DNA from: Veillonellaceae bacterium
GTDB taxonomy: Bacteria; Bacillota; Negativicutes; Veillonellales; Negativicoccaceae
Direction of reading: 5' to 3'
DNA: 24,000 bases
Assembly: GCA_022771805.1 (NCBI GenBank)
Contig: JALELM010000014.1
Coordinates: 1-24,000 of the forward strand
Shown here: positions 16,655 through 24,000 of the stretch, in pieces
How the letters are laid out: every line of letters begins with the position of its first letter
Position numbering within the stretch: position 1 is the first letter of the stretch
Notes under the pieces: model-generated
Databases searched by the model: none
The model's input: only the letters and a program-made list of their open reading frames with translations
Told to the model about the DNA's origin: nothing
Position numbers and translations under genes: made by a program

Positions 16655-17408
16655 GAGTGAAATCGGGCGCGTTGTCTGCGCGGAAGCGGTTGCGCCCGCT
16701 ACGTACCGGCTGGTAATGGAATTGCCGGTGCTGGCGGCGGCCGTGCGACCCGGACAGTTTCTGCATCTGCGGACGGCAAGCGGCCGGGATCCGCTGCTGC
16801 GGCGACCGTTCAGCCCCTCGCGGGTATGGCCGGAGCGGGGCGAAGTGGAGATCATCTATCGCGTCGTCGGGCGGGGCACGGAGTTATTGAGCCGGCTGCG
16901 GTGCGGCGATTCGGCGGATGTGCTCGGGCCGCTCGGCTCGACTTTCACGCTGGCCGGCGATTTGCTGCTGGTCGGCGGCGGTGTCGGGATCGCGCCGCTG
17001 CTGTACGCGGCGCAGGTTGCCGATCCGACCCGGACGACGGTGATCATCGGCGGGCGCAATGAGGAAGAACTCTTTTGGCGGCATTTGTTTCCGCAGAATT
17101 TGCGCGGCCTGCTCACGGCGACCGACGACGGCTCGTTCGGGCATCACGGCTTCGGCGTGGATTTGGTGCCGGAGGCGTTGGCGGCGCGGCATTTCGACCG
17201 GGTGTTGACCTGCGGGCCGACACCGATGATGCGGAAGGTGACGGAACTTTGCGCGGCGGCCGGGATCGCCTGTGAAGTGTCGCTGGAGCGGCGGATGGGC
17301 TGCGGGACGGGCGGCTGCCTCGCCTGCATTTGCGACAAGCGTGCGGGCGGGCATGCGAAAGTATGCCAGGACGGCCCCGTGTTCGCTGCGGAGGAGGTGT
17401 ACGTATGA
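16647..17408 (+). CDS. pyrK: dihydroorotate dehydrogenase B electron-transfer subunit
   Basis: Ferredoxin-reductase-like fold (RRPFS, GGGVGIAPL) and a C-terminal 2Fe-2S cysteine cluster (CGTGGCLACIC...C). AGGAGA lies 6 nt upstream of ATG 16647. ATG 16641 is an alternative start. Overlaps the carB stop. Confidence 0.9.
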   Translation: MRKSEIGRVVCAEAVAPATYRLVMELPVLAAAVRPGQFLHLRTASGRDPLLRRPFSPSRVWPERGEVEIIYRVVGRGTELLSRLRCGDSADVLGPLGSTFTLAGDLLLVGGGVGIAPLLYAAQVADPTRTTVIIGGRNEEELFWRHLFPQNLRGLLTATDDGSFGHHGFGVDLVPEALAARHFDRVLTCGPTPMMRKVTELCAAAGIACEVSLERRMGCGTGGCLACICDKRAGGHAKVCQDGPVFAAEEVYV

Positions 17409-18325
17409 GTGTGGATTTGCGTACGGAATTCTGCGGCGTGACGTTGCCCGGCCCGGTCATTGCGGCCAGCGGCACATTCGGTTTCGGCACGGAATATGCG
17501 GAGTATGTCGATTTGGATACGCTCGGCGCGATCTCCGTGAAGGGCTTGACACGGGAACCGCGGCCGGGTAATGCGGGCGTGCGTATCGCGGAAACGCCGG
17601 CGGGAATTCTGAATTGCATCGGCTTGGAAAATCCGGGCGTCGATGTGTTCATCGAGGACATTCTGCCGGAACTGCGGGCGACGACCGCGGCGCCGATCAT
17701 GGCGAATATTTCCGGGAACGAGCCGGCGGACTATGCGTATATGGCGGAACGTCTGGCGGCGGCGCAGGTCGATTTCCTCGAGGTAAACATTTCCTGCCCG
17801 AATGTCCGCAACGGCTGTCTGGCTTTCGGCGTGGAGCCGGCGACGGCAGCGGCAGTGACGCGGGCGGTAAAAGATAATGCGGGGAACGTGCCGGTCGTGG
17901 TGAAACTCAGCCCGAATGTGACGGATATTACCGTCATCGCGCAGGCGGTGGAAGCGGCGGGTGCGGACGGCATCTCGCTCATCAATACCCTGCTCGGGAT
18001 GGCGATCGACGCGGAGCGGCGGGTGCCTTTGCTCGGCAACGTGACGGGCGGGCTCTCGGGGCCCTGTGTGAAGCCGATCGCGTTGCGGCTGGTCTGGCAG
18101 ACGGCGCAGGCAGTCCGTATCCCCGTCTGCGGCATGGGCGGGATCATGACGGGGCTCGATGCCGTCGAGTTCATGCTGGCGGGAGCGGCCTGTGTCTCCG
18201 TCGGCACGGCGACCATCGTCGATCCGGACGCCTGCGGTCGCATTACGGCGGAAATCGCCGCCTGGTGCGAGGCGCACGGGGTGACCCGTCTGCAGGATAC
18301 TGTCGGCACCTTGCAAGTGCGCTGA
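17405..18325 (+). CDS. pyrD: dihydroorotate dehydrogenase, class 1B catalytic subunit
   Basis: IAASGTFGFG, EVNISCPNV (active-site Cys), LINTL, CGMGGI. ATGA overlap with pyrK; GGAGGAGG RBS. The ORF-track start 17330 lies inside pyrK. Confidence 0.95.
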   Translation: MSVDLRTEFCGVTLPGPVIAASGTFGFGTEYAEYVDLDTLGAISVKGLTREPRPGNAGVRIAETPAGILNCIGLENPGVDVFIEDILPELRATTAAPIMANISGNEPADYAYMAERLAAAQVDFLEVNISCPNVRNGCLAFGVEPATAAAVTRAVKDNAGNVPVVVKLSPNVTDITVIAQAVEAAGADGISLINTLLGMAIDAERRVPLLGNVTGGLSGPCVKPIALRLVWQTAQAVRIPVCGMGGIMTGLDAVEFMLAGAACVSVGTATIVDPDACGRITAEIAAWCEAHGVTRLQDTVGTLQVR

Positions 18326-18345
18326 GCGGGTTACTTGCAATAAAA

Positions 18346-18383
18346 GCAACGCCGCGCAATTGCGTGCGACGTTGTTTTTTGTT
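18346..18383 (+). terminator. rho-independent terminator of the pyr operon
   Basis: GC-rich imperfect hairpin GCAACGCCGCGCAATTGCGTGCGACGTTG followed by TTTTTTGTT, about 20 nt after the pyrD stop. Confidence 0.75.
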
Positions 18384-18388
18384 AATAT
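18360..18388 (+). promoter_or_regulatory. candidate promoter for rubredoxin (TTGCGT-17-TAATAT)
   Basis: The hexamers have 17-nt spacing and overlap the terminator 3' arm. About 25 nt upstream of ATG 18413. Confidence 0.35.
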
Positions 18389-18412
18389 GTACAAAAAAGG
18401 GAGGGGATCGGT

Positions 18413-18571
18413 ATGGATAAATGGGTATGCACAGTCTGCGGTATGGTCTATGACCCGGAGGTCGGTGATCCGGAGTCGGGAATACCGGCGGGAACGGCGT
18501 TTGAGGATATTCCGGAGGATTGGTTGTGTCCGGTCTGCGGCGTAGGCAAGGATTCGTTCGAGAAGATGTAA
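18413..18571 (+). CDS. rubredoxin (52 aa; below ORF-track size cutoff)
   Basis: My translation: [52 protein letters not shown]. It carries the two CxxCG knuckles plus the conserved Y-DP, F-D-P-DW signature. GGGAGGGG lies 6 nt upstream. Confidence 0.93.
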   Translation: MDKWVCTVCGMVYDPEVGDPESGIPAGTAFEDIPEDWLCPVCGVGKDSFEKM

Positions 18572-18596
18572 GAGGTCTGCCGGCAGGGCATCATGA

Positions 18597-18625
18597 TTGA
18601 CAAATGAGGCCCGGACGGCTATAAT
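18597..18625 (+). promoter_or_regulatory. consensus sigma-A promoter (TTGACA-17-TATAAT) for yceD-rpmF
   Basis: TTGACA 18597-18602, exact 17-nt spacer, TATAAT 18620-18625. Confidence 0.8.
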
Positions 18626-18641
18626 AATACAGTCGAGGTTC

Positions 18642-19136
18642 ATGATGAGATTACATGTTCAGGAAGCCGTAGAGAATCCGGGGAAGGAGTTTCCTTTTTC
18701 ATTCTCGCCGGATGCGGAATTATGGGCGGACGAAGAGCCGCTTGTCGGTTCGGAAGCCGGGGTCGACTTCAGCGGGGTATACTGCTATGACGGCCAACGC
18801 CTGCATGTGGACGGTATCATAGCGACACGAGGTCATTATGTCTGTACGCGTTGTCTGGATGAGTTTTACGCGGAGCGGGAGATTCCCGTCGCGGAAATAT
18901 ATCGGGCGGACACGACCGACGATGATGCACTTGTATATGACGGCAAAACCGTCGATGTACTTTCTCTAGTACGGGATACTTTGATTATCGAGTTGCCGTA
19001 TCAAGTGCTGTGTCATGAAGATTGCCGGGGGCTGTGTGTGAATTGCGGTTGCAATCTCAACAGGGACACCTGTCATTGTCATGACACGGAACCGGATCCT
19101 CGGTGGGCAGCGTTAGCTGCGTGGAAAGAGAAGTAG
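18642..19136 (+). CDS. yceD: YceD/DUF177 family protein (23S rRNA accumulation / L32-associated)
   Basis: C-terminal cysteine-rich signature LCHEDCRGLCVNCGCNLN, plus DPRWAAL. Located immediately upstream of rpmF, as in most bacteria. Start is ATG 18642 or 18645 (GAGGT RBS). Confidence 0.88.
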   Translation: MMRLHVQEAVENPGKEFPFSFSPDAELWADEEPLVGSEAGVDFSGVYCYDGQRLHVDGIIATRGHYVCTRCLDEFYAEREIPVAEIYRADTTDDDALVYDGKTVDVLSLVRDTLIIELPYQVLCHEDCRGLCVNCGCNLNRDTCHCHDTEPDPRWAALAAWKEK

Positions 19137-19160
19137 CCTGGAAATAAAGGAGGTGCGAAA

Positions 19161-19337
19161 ATGGCGGTACCGAAGCGTAAAATGTCGAAGAGTCGTCGCG
19201 ACCGTCGCCGTGCGAACTGGAAATTGACGGCGCCCGGGTTGGTAGAATGCCCGCAATGCCATAATATGATTATGCCGCATCGTGTATGCTCGTATTGTGG
19301 TTCGTATAAAGGTAAGACTGTCATCAATGTACAGTAA
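19161..19337 (+). CDS. rpmF: 50S ribosomal protein L32 (58 aa; below ORF-track cutoff)
   Basis: My translation: [70 protein letters not shown] lies 7 nt upstream. Confidence 0.95.
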   Translation: MAVPKRKMSKSRRDRRRANWKLTAPGLVECPQCHNMIMPHRVCSYCGSYKGKTVINVQ

Positions 19338-19355
19338 GCGACCGTGCTGAAAGTA

Positions 19356-19390
19356 AAAAGGGAATGGATTTCTCCATTCCCTTTTTGTTT
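19356..19390. terminator. bidirectional rho-independent terminator (rpmF / convergent TPR gene)
   Basis: AAAAGGGAATGGA / TCCATTCCCTTTT 13-bp stem with TTTC loop. T-runs lie on both strands (TTGTTTT on plus; TTTTTACTTT on minus). Confidence 0.9.
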
Positions 19391-19401
19391 TGCCCGAAAT
19401 G

Positions 19402-20010
19402 TCAGCTCCCGACGATCCGGCGGAATTCCGGCAGATCCCGATACGGAGCGAAATGCTCCTGTTCGCGCGCGGCTGTTGCCGTGGCGGGATCGGCAGCGAC
19501 GGCGCGGGCGAGGTATTCCATGGCCGGCTGTGCCGCACCGCGGTCGGCGTAAATCGTCGCCAGACCGTACAGTCCCCACGCATGGTCGGGAACGACGGCC
19601 AGCAGACGCCGGAAGTAGCGCTCGGCAGGTTCGAGCTCGTCTTGGAGTTTGTAATGCAGGGCGAAATTGTAGAGGACGACGGGATCGTCCGGAGCCAGTT
19701 CTTCGGCTCGGTTCAGCAACTTGCGTGCCGCGGGATACTCGCTGGAGAGCGAGAGCGCCATGCCCGCATCGGCATAGGCGAGATAGTTCGCCGGGTCGCG
19801 CTCGTAGGCGGCGCGCAAGAGTTCGGCGGCTTGGGCGTAGTCGCCGGCACGGAGGGCGAGAACGCCTTCCTCCCGCAGCTCCCGTGAGGCGGGAGCGACG
19901 GTCGCGGCGGCCGGCGGTGTTGCCGGTGCGGCAGGTGCGGCGGGTTCGCGGTCGCAGCCGCCAAGTAGTAACAGGCAGAGAGTAACTGCCGCAGATCGGA
20001 ATATACGCAT
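19402..20010 (-). CDS. TPR-repeat lipoprotein
   Basis: MRIFRSAAVTLCLLLLGGC gives a signal peptide with a lipobox-like LGGC. A Pro/Ala linker follows, then TPR-like repeats (GDYAQAAELLRAAYERDPANYLAY...; VVLYNFALHYKLQDELEPAERYFRRLLAVVPDH...; GLATIYADRGAAQPAMEYLARAVAADP). AAAGGA lies upstream of ATG 20010. The ORF-track extension to 20292 is Arg-rich and rejected. Confidence 0.8.
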   Translation of the reverse strand: MRIFRSAAVTLCLLLLGGCDREPAAPAAPATPPAAATVAPASRELREEGVLALRAGDYAQAAELLRAAYERDPANYLAYADAGMALSLSSEYPAARKLLNRAEELAPDDPVVLYNFALHYKLQDELEPAERYFRRLLAVVPDHAWGLYGLATIYADRGAAQPAMEYLARAVAADPATATAAREQEHFAPYRDLPEFRRIVGS

Positions 20011-20244
20011 GGGAATTGTCCTTTCGGGGTTTTCTTCAGTGTAACGAAATCGGCGGTGCTTGTAAAGGCGACAGCGGCAGGAGCGGGAACCGGTTCGGCC
20101 GCCGAGGCGGCGGGTATTGTGAGGTCGCCGGCTGCGGCAGGCGGGACGAGGAGCGTGTGTGTTTCGACCGCCGGCATTTCGTTTTTCGGGGATCCGCCGG
20201 CGTCCGGCTCGGTGCCGTTTTTCCCGCTCGGCACGCGGGGCGGC

Positions 20245-20273
20245 TTGTTTTGCGCGGCGGTATAGTGTATCAT
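20245..20273 (+). promoter_or_regulatory. candidate tyrS promoter (TTGTTT-17-TATCAT)
   Basis: Hexamers with 17-nt spacing, about 46 nt upstream of ATG 20320. Weak match. Confidence 0.35.
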
Positions 20274-20319
20274 AGAAAAATAAGAAAAACATGATGTGTG
20301 AGTAGAGAGGTAGGTTGCT

Positions 20320-21522
20320 ATGCGCCCGGTAGATGAACAGTTACAGATTATGTCGTACGGTACGGCGGAAATTTTGCCGCAGGACGAATTGCGGAAAAAA
20401 TTGCTCAAGGCGGTGGAAACGAACACGCCGTTGCGGGTGAAACTCGGCTTGGATCCGTCCGCGCCGGATATCCATTTGGGACACACGGTGGTCTTGCGTA
20501 AGTTGAAACAATTTCAGGACTTGGGGCATCAGATCGTCCTCATTATCGGGGATTTCACGGGGCGTATCGGCGACCCGTCCGGTAAGAGCGTGACGCGCAA
20601 GCCGCTGACGGAAGAACAGGTATTGGCCAATGCGCGTACCTACGAAGAACAGATCTTCAAGATTTTGGATCCGGCTAAGACGGAAGTGCATTTCAACAGC
20701 GAATGGCTCGGTAAATTGAATTTTGCGGATGTCTTGACGCTGGCTTCCAAGTATACGGTGGCGCGTATGCTGGAACGCGACGATTTCCAAAAGCGCTATG
20801 CGGAAGAACGGCCGATTTCCATCCATGAATTTATGTACCCGCTGATGCAGGGCTATGACTCCATCGCCATTCGGGCGGATATCGAATTCGGCGGTACGGA
20901 TCAGAAGTTTAACCTGCTGGTCGGTCGGCATTTGCAGGGCGAATCGGGGCAGGAGCCGCAAATCGTCATCACGATGCCGCTGCTGGAAGGTCTGGACGGT
21001 GTCCAGAAGATGAGCAAATCGCTGGGGAATTATATCGGCATTGATGAGCCGGCGAAGGAAATGTACGGCAAGGCGATGAGTATTCCCGACGAATTGATGA
21101 GCCGTTACTTCATGCTGGTCACGGATATGCCGCAGGAAGAACAGGAACAGTTGTCGGCGGCGCTGGCGGACGGCAGCATGCATCCGCGCGATGCGAAAAT
21201 GTTGTTGGCGCGGACGATTGTCGAGCTGTACCATGGTGCGGCGGCGGCGCAGGACGCGGAAGAAGAATTTGTGCGGGTATTCCAACAGCACAGTCTGCCG
21301 TCGGAAATCGAAGGGTTGCGCGTGGAAACGGCGGAAGTATGGCTGCCGCAACTGTTGCAGACTGCGGGCATGGTCGCCAGCAACAGCGAGGGCAAACGAG
21401 CGATCGCCCAGGGCGCGGTACGCCTGGACGGCGAAAAAGTAACCGAGGAAAATGTCACCTTGCAGGACGGTGCGGTGTTGCAGGTCGGCAAACGCAAGTA
21501 TCGTAAAATTGAATTGGCCTGA
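20320..21522 (+). CDS. tyrS: tyrosine--tRNA ligase
   Basis: HIGH motif as DIHLGH, KMSKS motif ([10 protein letters not shown]), [14 protein letters not shown], and a C-terminal S4-like domain ([14 protein letters not shown]). Confidence 0.95.
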   Translation: MRPVDEQLQIMSYGTAEILPQDELRKKLLKAVETNTPLRVKLGLDPSAPDIHLGHTVVLRKLKQFQDLGHQIVLIIGDFTGRIGDPSGKSVTRKPLTEEQVLANARTYEEQIFKILDPAKTEVHFNSEWLGKLNFADVLTLASKYTVARMLERDDFQKRYAEERPISIHEFMYPLMQGYDSIAIRADIEFGGTDQKFNLLVGRHLQGESGQEPQIVITMPLLEGLDGVQKMSKSLGNYIGIDEPAKEMYGKAMSIPDELMSRYFMLVTDMPQEEQEQLSAALADGSMHPRDAKMLLARTIVELYHGAAAAQDAEEEFVRVFQQHSLPSEIEGLRVETAEVWLPQLLQTAGMVASNSEGKRAIAQGAVRLDGEKVTEENVTLQDGAVLQVGKRKYRKIELA

Positions 21523-21530
21523 ATCGGCAG

Positions 21531-21562
21531 AAAAAGCGACTCGTCGGCGGGTCGCTTTTTTG
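21531..21562 (+). terminator. rho-independent terminator of tyrS
   Basis: AAAAAGCGAC...GTCGCTTTTTT hairpin followed by a T-run, 9 nt after the TGA stop. Confidence 0.85.
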
Positions 21563-21618
21563 TATGCAGAAAGCGCAAGCGGCTCGGTTTGCGTTCTCAA
21601 AAGCGTATGCTTATTTTC

Positions 21619-21647
21619 TTGACAGGGAGGGGAATAGAGTATACTAT
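21619..21647 (+). promoter_or_regulatory. sigma-A type promoter for ppsA (TTGACA-17-TACTAT)
   Basis: TTGACA 21619-21624, 17-nt spacer, TACTAT 21642-21647. Same hexamer pair as the pyr promoter. Confidence 0.7.
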
Positions 21648-21702
21648 ATACTTAAGTTTTGGATACAGCATACTCTGATCATCGGGAGGAACGGCGGAGA
21701 GT

Positions 21703-21738
21703 GCTGTCAGGCAATGGATAGCTGTCAGGCAAGGGATG
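21703..21738 (+). repeat. tandem 18-nt direct repeat in the ppsA 5' leader
   Basis: GCTGTCAGGCAATGGATA (21703-21720) and GCTGTCAGGCAAGGGATG (21721-21738), 16/18 identical, ending 25 nt before the ppsA start. Confidence 0.85.
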
Positions 21739-21762
21739 CGGACATGTTCAAAGGAGGACAAC

Positions 21763-24000
21763 ATGAACAGAGAGCAGGCAAATGTACTGTGGTTTGACGA
21801 GCTGCGTCGTGAAGATGTGGCACTGGTCGGCGGGAAATCGTCGTCGCTCGGTGAAATGACGTCGCAGACGCAGGTACCGGTACCGTACGGTTTCGCTACG
21901 ACCGCACACGGGTATCGTTGCTTCATGCAGGAATCGGGTGTGGAAGAACGGATCGAATCGTTGCTTGGCGAATTGACGGACGTGGAAGACTCCGTCCAGT
22001 TGCGTGAAGTATGCGCGGCGATTCGCGAAGCGATTATGGCGGCGGATATGCCGCAACAGTTGGCGGACGATATCGGCAAAGCATATCTCGAACTGGGTCG
22101 CCGCGTCGGCGAAGATGCGCCGTTCGTAGCGGTACGCTCCAGCGCAACGGCGGAAGACTTGCCGGATGCCAGCTTTGCCGGTCAGCAGGATACCTATTTG
22201 AACGTTCACGGCACGGAAGAAGTGATTGCCCGTGTCAAGGAATGCTATGCTTCCACGTTCACGGATCGCGCGGTATATTACCGTGTCAAACAGGGTTTCG
22301 ATCACATGGAAGTGGCGCTGTCGGCGGTAGTCCAGATGATGGTCTTCTCGAAGGCTTCCGGGGTTATGTTCACGGTGGATCTTGCGACGGGCAGCGACAA
22401 GAACATCATGATCGAAGCGGCCTGGGGGCTCGGTGAATATGTAGTCCAGGGAACGGTCACGCCGGACAGCTTCCTCGTTCGCAAAGAAGATTTGGCGATC
22501 GTCGATCGGATCATCAATGAAAAACCGGTAATGCTGACCCGCAAGCCGGGCAGCGGTGTGGAAGAAAAGACGTTGGCACCGGAAGTGGCAAAGGCACCGG
22601 CCATTACGGACGAACAGGCGCAGGAACTCGCAAAATACGCCAAAGCGATCGAAAAGCACTACGGCTGCTACATGGATATCGAATGGGCGGTCGATGAACG
22701 CGACAATTCGCTGAAGATTCTGCAGGCGCGGCCGGAAACGGTTTGGTCGAAGAAAAAAGCGCAGGGACAGGGGGCACAGGAAACCGAAATGGAATTTACG
22801 ACGGAACGCAATTCGCTGGTCAAAGGTTTGCCGGCCAGCCCGGGGCGTGTGGGCGGCAAAGCGCACGTGATTTTGGATCCGGCGCTGATCGACACGTTCA
22901 AAGAAGGGGAAATTCTTGTTACCACGATGACGGCACCGGACTGGGTACCGGCGATGAAGAAGGCGAAAGCCATCGTCACCGATGCCGGCGGGATGACCTG
23001 CCATGCATCGATCGTCAGCCGTGAATTGGGCATTCCCTGTATCGTCGGGACGAAGAGCCGCGGAGCCGAAGCGACGACGACGATTCCCGACGGTGCGACG
23101 ATCACCGTCGATGCAACGAACGGTATCGTGTATGAAGGGCTCATCGAAGATCTCGTGAAAAAAGCGGAACAGCCGGCAGCGACCGCCGCTGCGGCCGAAT
23201 ACTATCCGCAGACCGGTACGAAGGTATATATGAACCTCGGCGACCCGGATCTGGCGGAAAAATATTCGCTGCTGCCCTGCGACGGGATCGGCCTGATGCG
23301 CGAGGAATTTATCTGGACGACATTCATCCACGAACATCCGCTGTACCTCATCGAAATCGGCAAGCCGGAACGCGTGGTGGACGGTTTGGCGGACGGTATC
23401 CGCAAGGTTTGCCAGGCGATGGCACCGCGCCCCGTTACGTTGCGTTTCAGCGATTTCAAATCGAGCGAATACCGCGACCTGAAGGGCGGCGACAAGTACG
23501 AACCGTATGAGCCGTCGGCATTGCTCGGCTGGCGCGGCGCATCCCGCTACTACGATCCGGCCTACATCGAAGCGTTCCGCTTGGAACTGCGGGCGGTTCG
23601 CAAGGTACGCGAAGAATACGGCTTCAAAAACCTGAACGTGATGATTCCGTTCTGCCGCACCGTGGAAGAAGCGCGCAAGGTTACGGAACTCATGGCGGAA
23701 GAAGGTCTGCGCCGCGGCCCGGATTTCAAAGTCTGGTTGATGGCGGAAATCCCGTCGAATATTATTCTGGCGGATCAGTTCAATGAGTTTGTGGACGGCT
23801 ACTCGATCGGCTCCAACGATCTGACGATGTTGGTACTCGGTTGCGACCGGGACAACGACACCGTTTCCCATATTTACGACGAACGCAACTTGGCGGTTCG
23901 TCGGGCTGTTCGTCACTTGATCGAAGTGGCGCACCGCGACGGCAAGACGGTCTCCATTTGCGGCCAGGCACCTTCAGTATATCCGGAGTTTACGGAATTC
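21763..24000 (+). CDS. ppsA: phosphoenolpyruvate synthase (pyruvate, water dikinase), 3' end beyond window
   Basis: Not in the ORF track because no stop is reached. My translation from ATG 21763 (AAGGAGG 5 nt upstream) gives MNREQANVLWFDELRREDVALVGGKSSSLGEM..., the phosphohistidine loop TDAGGMTCHASIVSRELGIPCIVGT, and the PEP-utilising domain YSIGSNDLTM. The frame is open for 746 codons to the window end. Confidence 0.93.
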   Translation, partial: MNREQANVLWFDELRREDVALVGGKSSSLGEMTSQTQVPVPYGFATTAHGYRCFMQESGVEERIESLLGELTDVEDSVQLREVCAAIREAIMAADMPQQLADDIGKAYLELGRRVGEDAPFVAVRSSATAEDLPDASFAGQQDTYLNVHGTEEVIARVKECYASTFTDRAVYYRVKQGFDHMEVALSAVVQMMVFSKASGVMFTVDLATGSDKNIMIEAAWGLGEYVVQGTVTPDSFLVRKEDLAIVDRIINEKPVMLTRKPGSGVEEKTLAPEVAKAPAITDEQAQELAKYAKAIEKHYGCYMDIEWAVDERDNSLKILQARPETVWSKKKAQGQGAQETEMEFTTERNSLVKGLPASPGRVGGKAHVILDPALIDTFKEGEILVTTMTAPDWVPAMKKAKAIVTDAGGMTCHASIVSRELGIPCIVGTKSRGAEATTTIPDGATITVDATNGIVYEGLIEDLVKKAEQPAATAAAAEYYPQTGTKVYMNLGDPDLAEKYSLLPCDGIGLMREEFIWTTFIHEHPLYLIEIGKPERVVDGLADGIRKVCQAMAPRPVTLRFSDFKSSEYRDLKGGDKYEPYEPSALLGWRGASRYYDPAYIEAFRLELRAVRKVREEYGFKNLNVMIPFCRTVEEARKVTELMAEEGLRRGPDFKVWLMAEIPSNIILADQFNEFVDGYSIGSNDLTMLVLGCDRDNDTVSHIYDERNLAVRRAVRHLIEVAHRDGKTVSICGQAPSVYPEFTEF

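Noticed and set aside
13367-16855. 1162-aa ORF antisense to carB, and similar long antisense ORFs (2507-4096, 4005-4733, 5564-7834, 8180-9022, 10978-12144, 12306-13529, 17144-18643, 20341-21600, 21748-23934)
   Set aside because: These are shadow ORFs. The sense genes rarely use TTA/CTA/TCA codons, so the opposite strand stays open. Their products are Arg/His/Pro-rich low-complexity strings with no motifs. Each lies exactly opposite a confidently identified housekeeping gene.
18311-18340. 8-bp inverted repeat TTGCAAGT...ACTTGCAA spanning the pyrD stop codon
   Set aside because: It has a 14-nt loop, no T-run and a real terminator immediately downstream. It is probably incidental or part of a compound terminator structure.
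20056-20265. 69-aa GTG ORF (MLVKATAAGAG...) and an overlapping minus-frame ORF (MIHYTAAQNKPP...) in the TPR-tyrS spacer
   Set aside because: Neither has an RBS or a recognisable domain. The minus-frame ORF would run about 300 nt into the TPR gene in another frame. The codon-like periodicity could be a remnant. They are kept only as a low-interest note.
1-24000. Search for mobile elements, CRISPR repeats, tRNA/rRNA genes, toxin-antitoxin pairs, restriction or defence genes, or other accessory islands
   Set aside because: None were seen. Every ORF over 60 aa that survives frame and RBS scrutiny is a housekeeping or conserved-context gene. Apart from the 1531-1884 tract and the ompM insertion, there is no compositional island.

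Overview
GC-rich, gene-dense core-chromosome window. It looks like a Negativicutes (diderm Firmicute, Selenomonadaceae-like) genome: an SLH-anchored OmpM-type porin sits next to Firmicute-style gene order. Content, left to right:
- 3' part of ompM, then a thioesterase on the minus strand
- thrC and a TVP38-family membrane protein
- a Cof-HAD / rapZ / yvcK / whiA / unknown-exported-protein operon
- a PyrR-attenuated pyrB-pyrC-carA-carB-pyrK-pyrD operon
- rubredoxin and yceD-rpmF (rubredoxin and rpmF fall below the ORF-track size cutoff)
- a TPR lipoprotein on the minus strand, tyrS, and the 5' 746 codons of ppsA

I see no rRNA or tRNA genes, CRISPR array, transposase, integrase, phage genes or defence-type genes. 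I cannot support a novel multi-gene system here; this is mostly ordinary housekeeping DNA. The observations most worth a second look are:
1. carA has all three glutaminase catalytic-triad positions substituted (Cys->Gly, His->Tyr, Glu->Gln).
2. A 354-bp, roughly 86% purine, almost T-free GCAAAA-type tract lies between two terminators in a convergent intergenic gap.
3. An unrecognisable exported protein is translationally coupled to whiA.
4. A low-GC coiled-coil insertion sits inside the OmpM barrel.

All family calls rest on motif recognition by eye. No database search was run.
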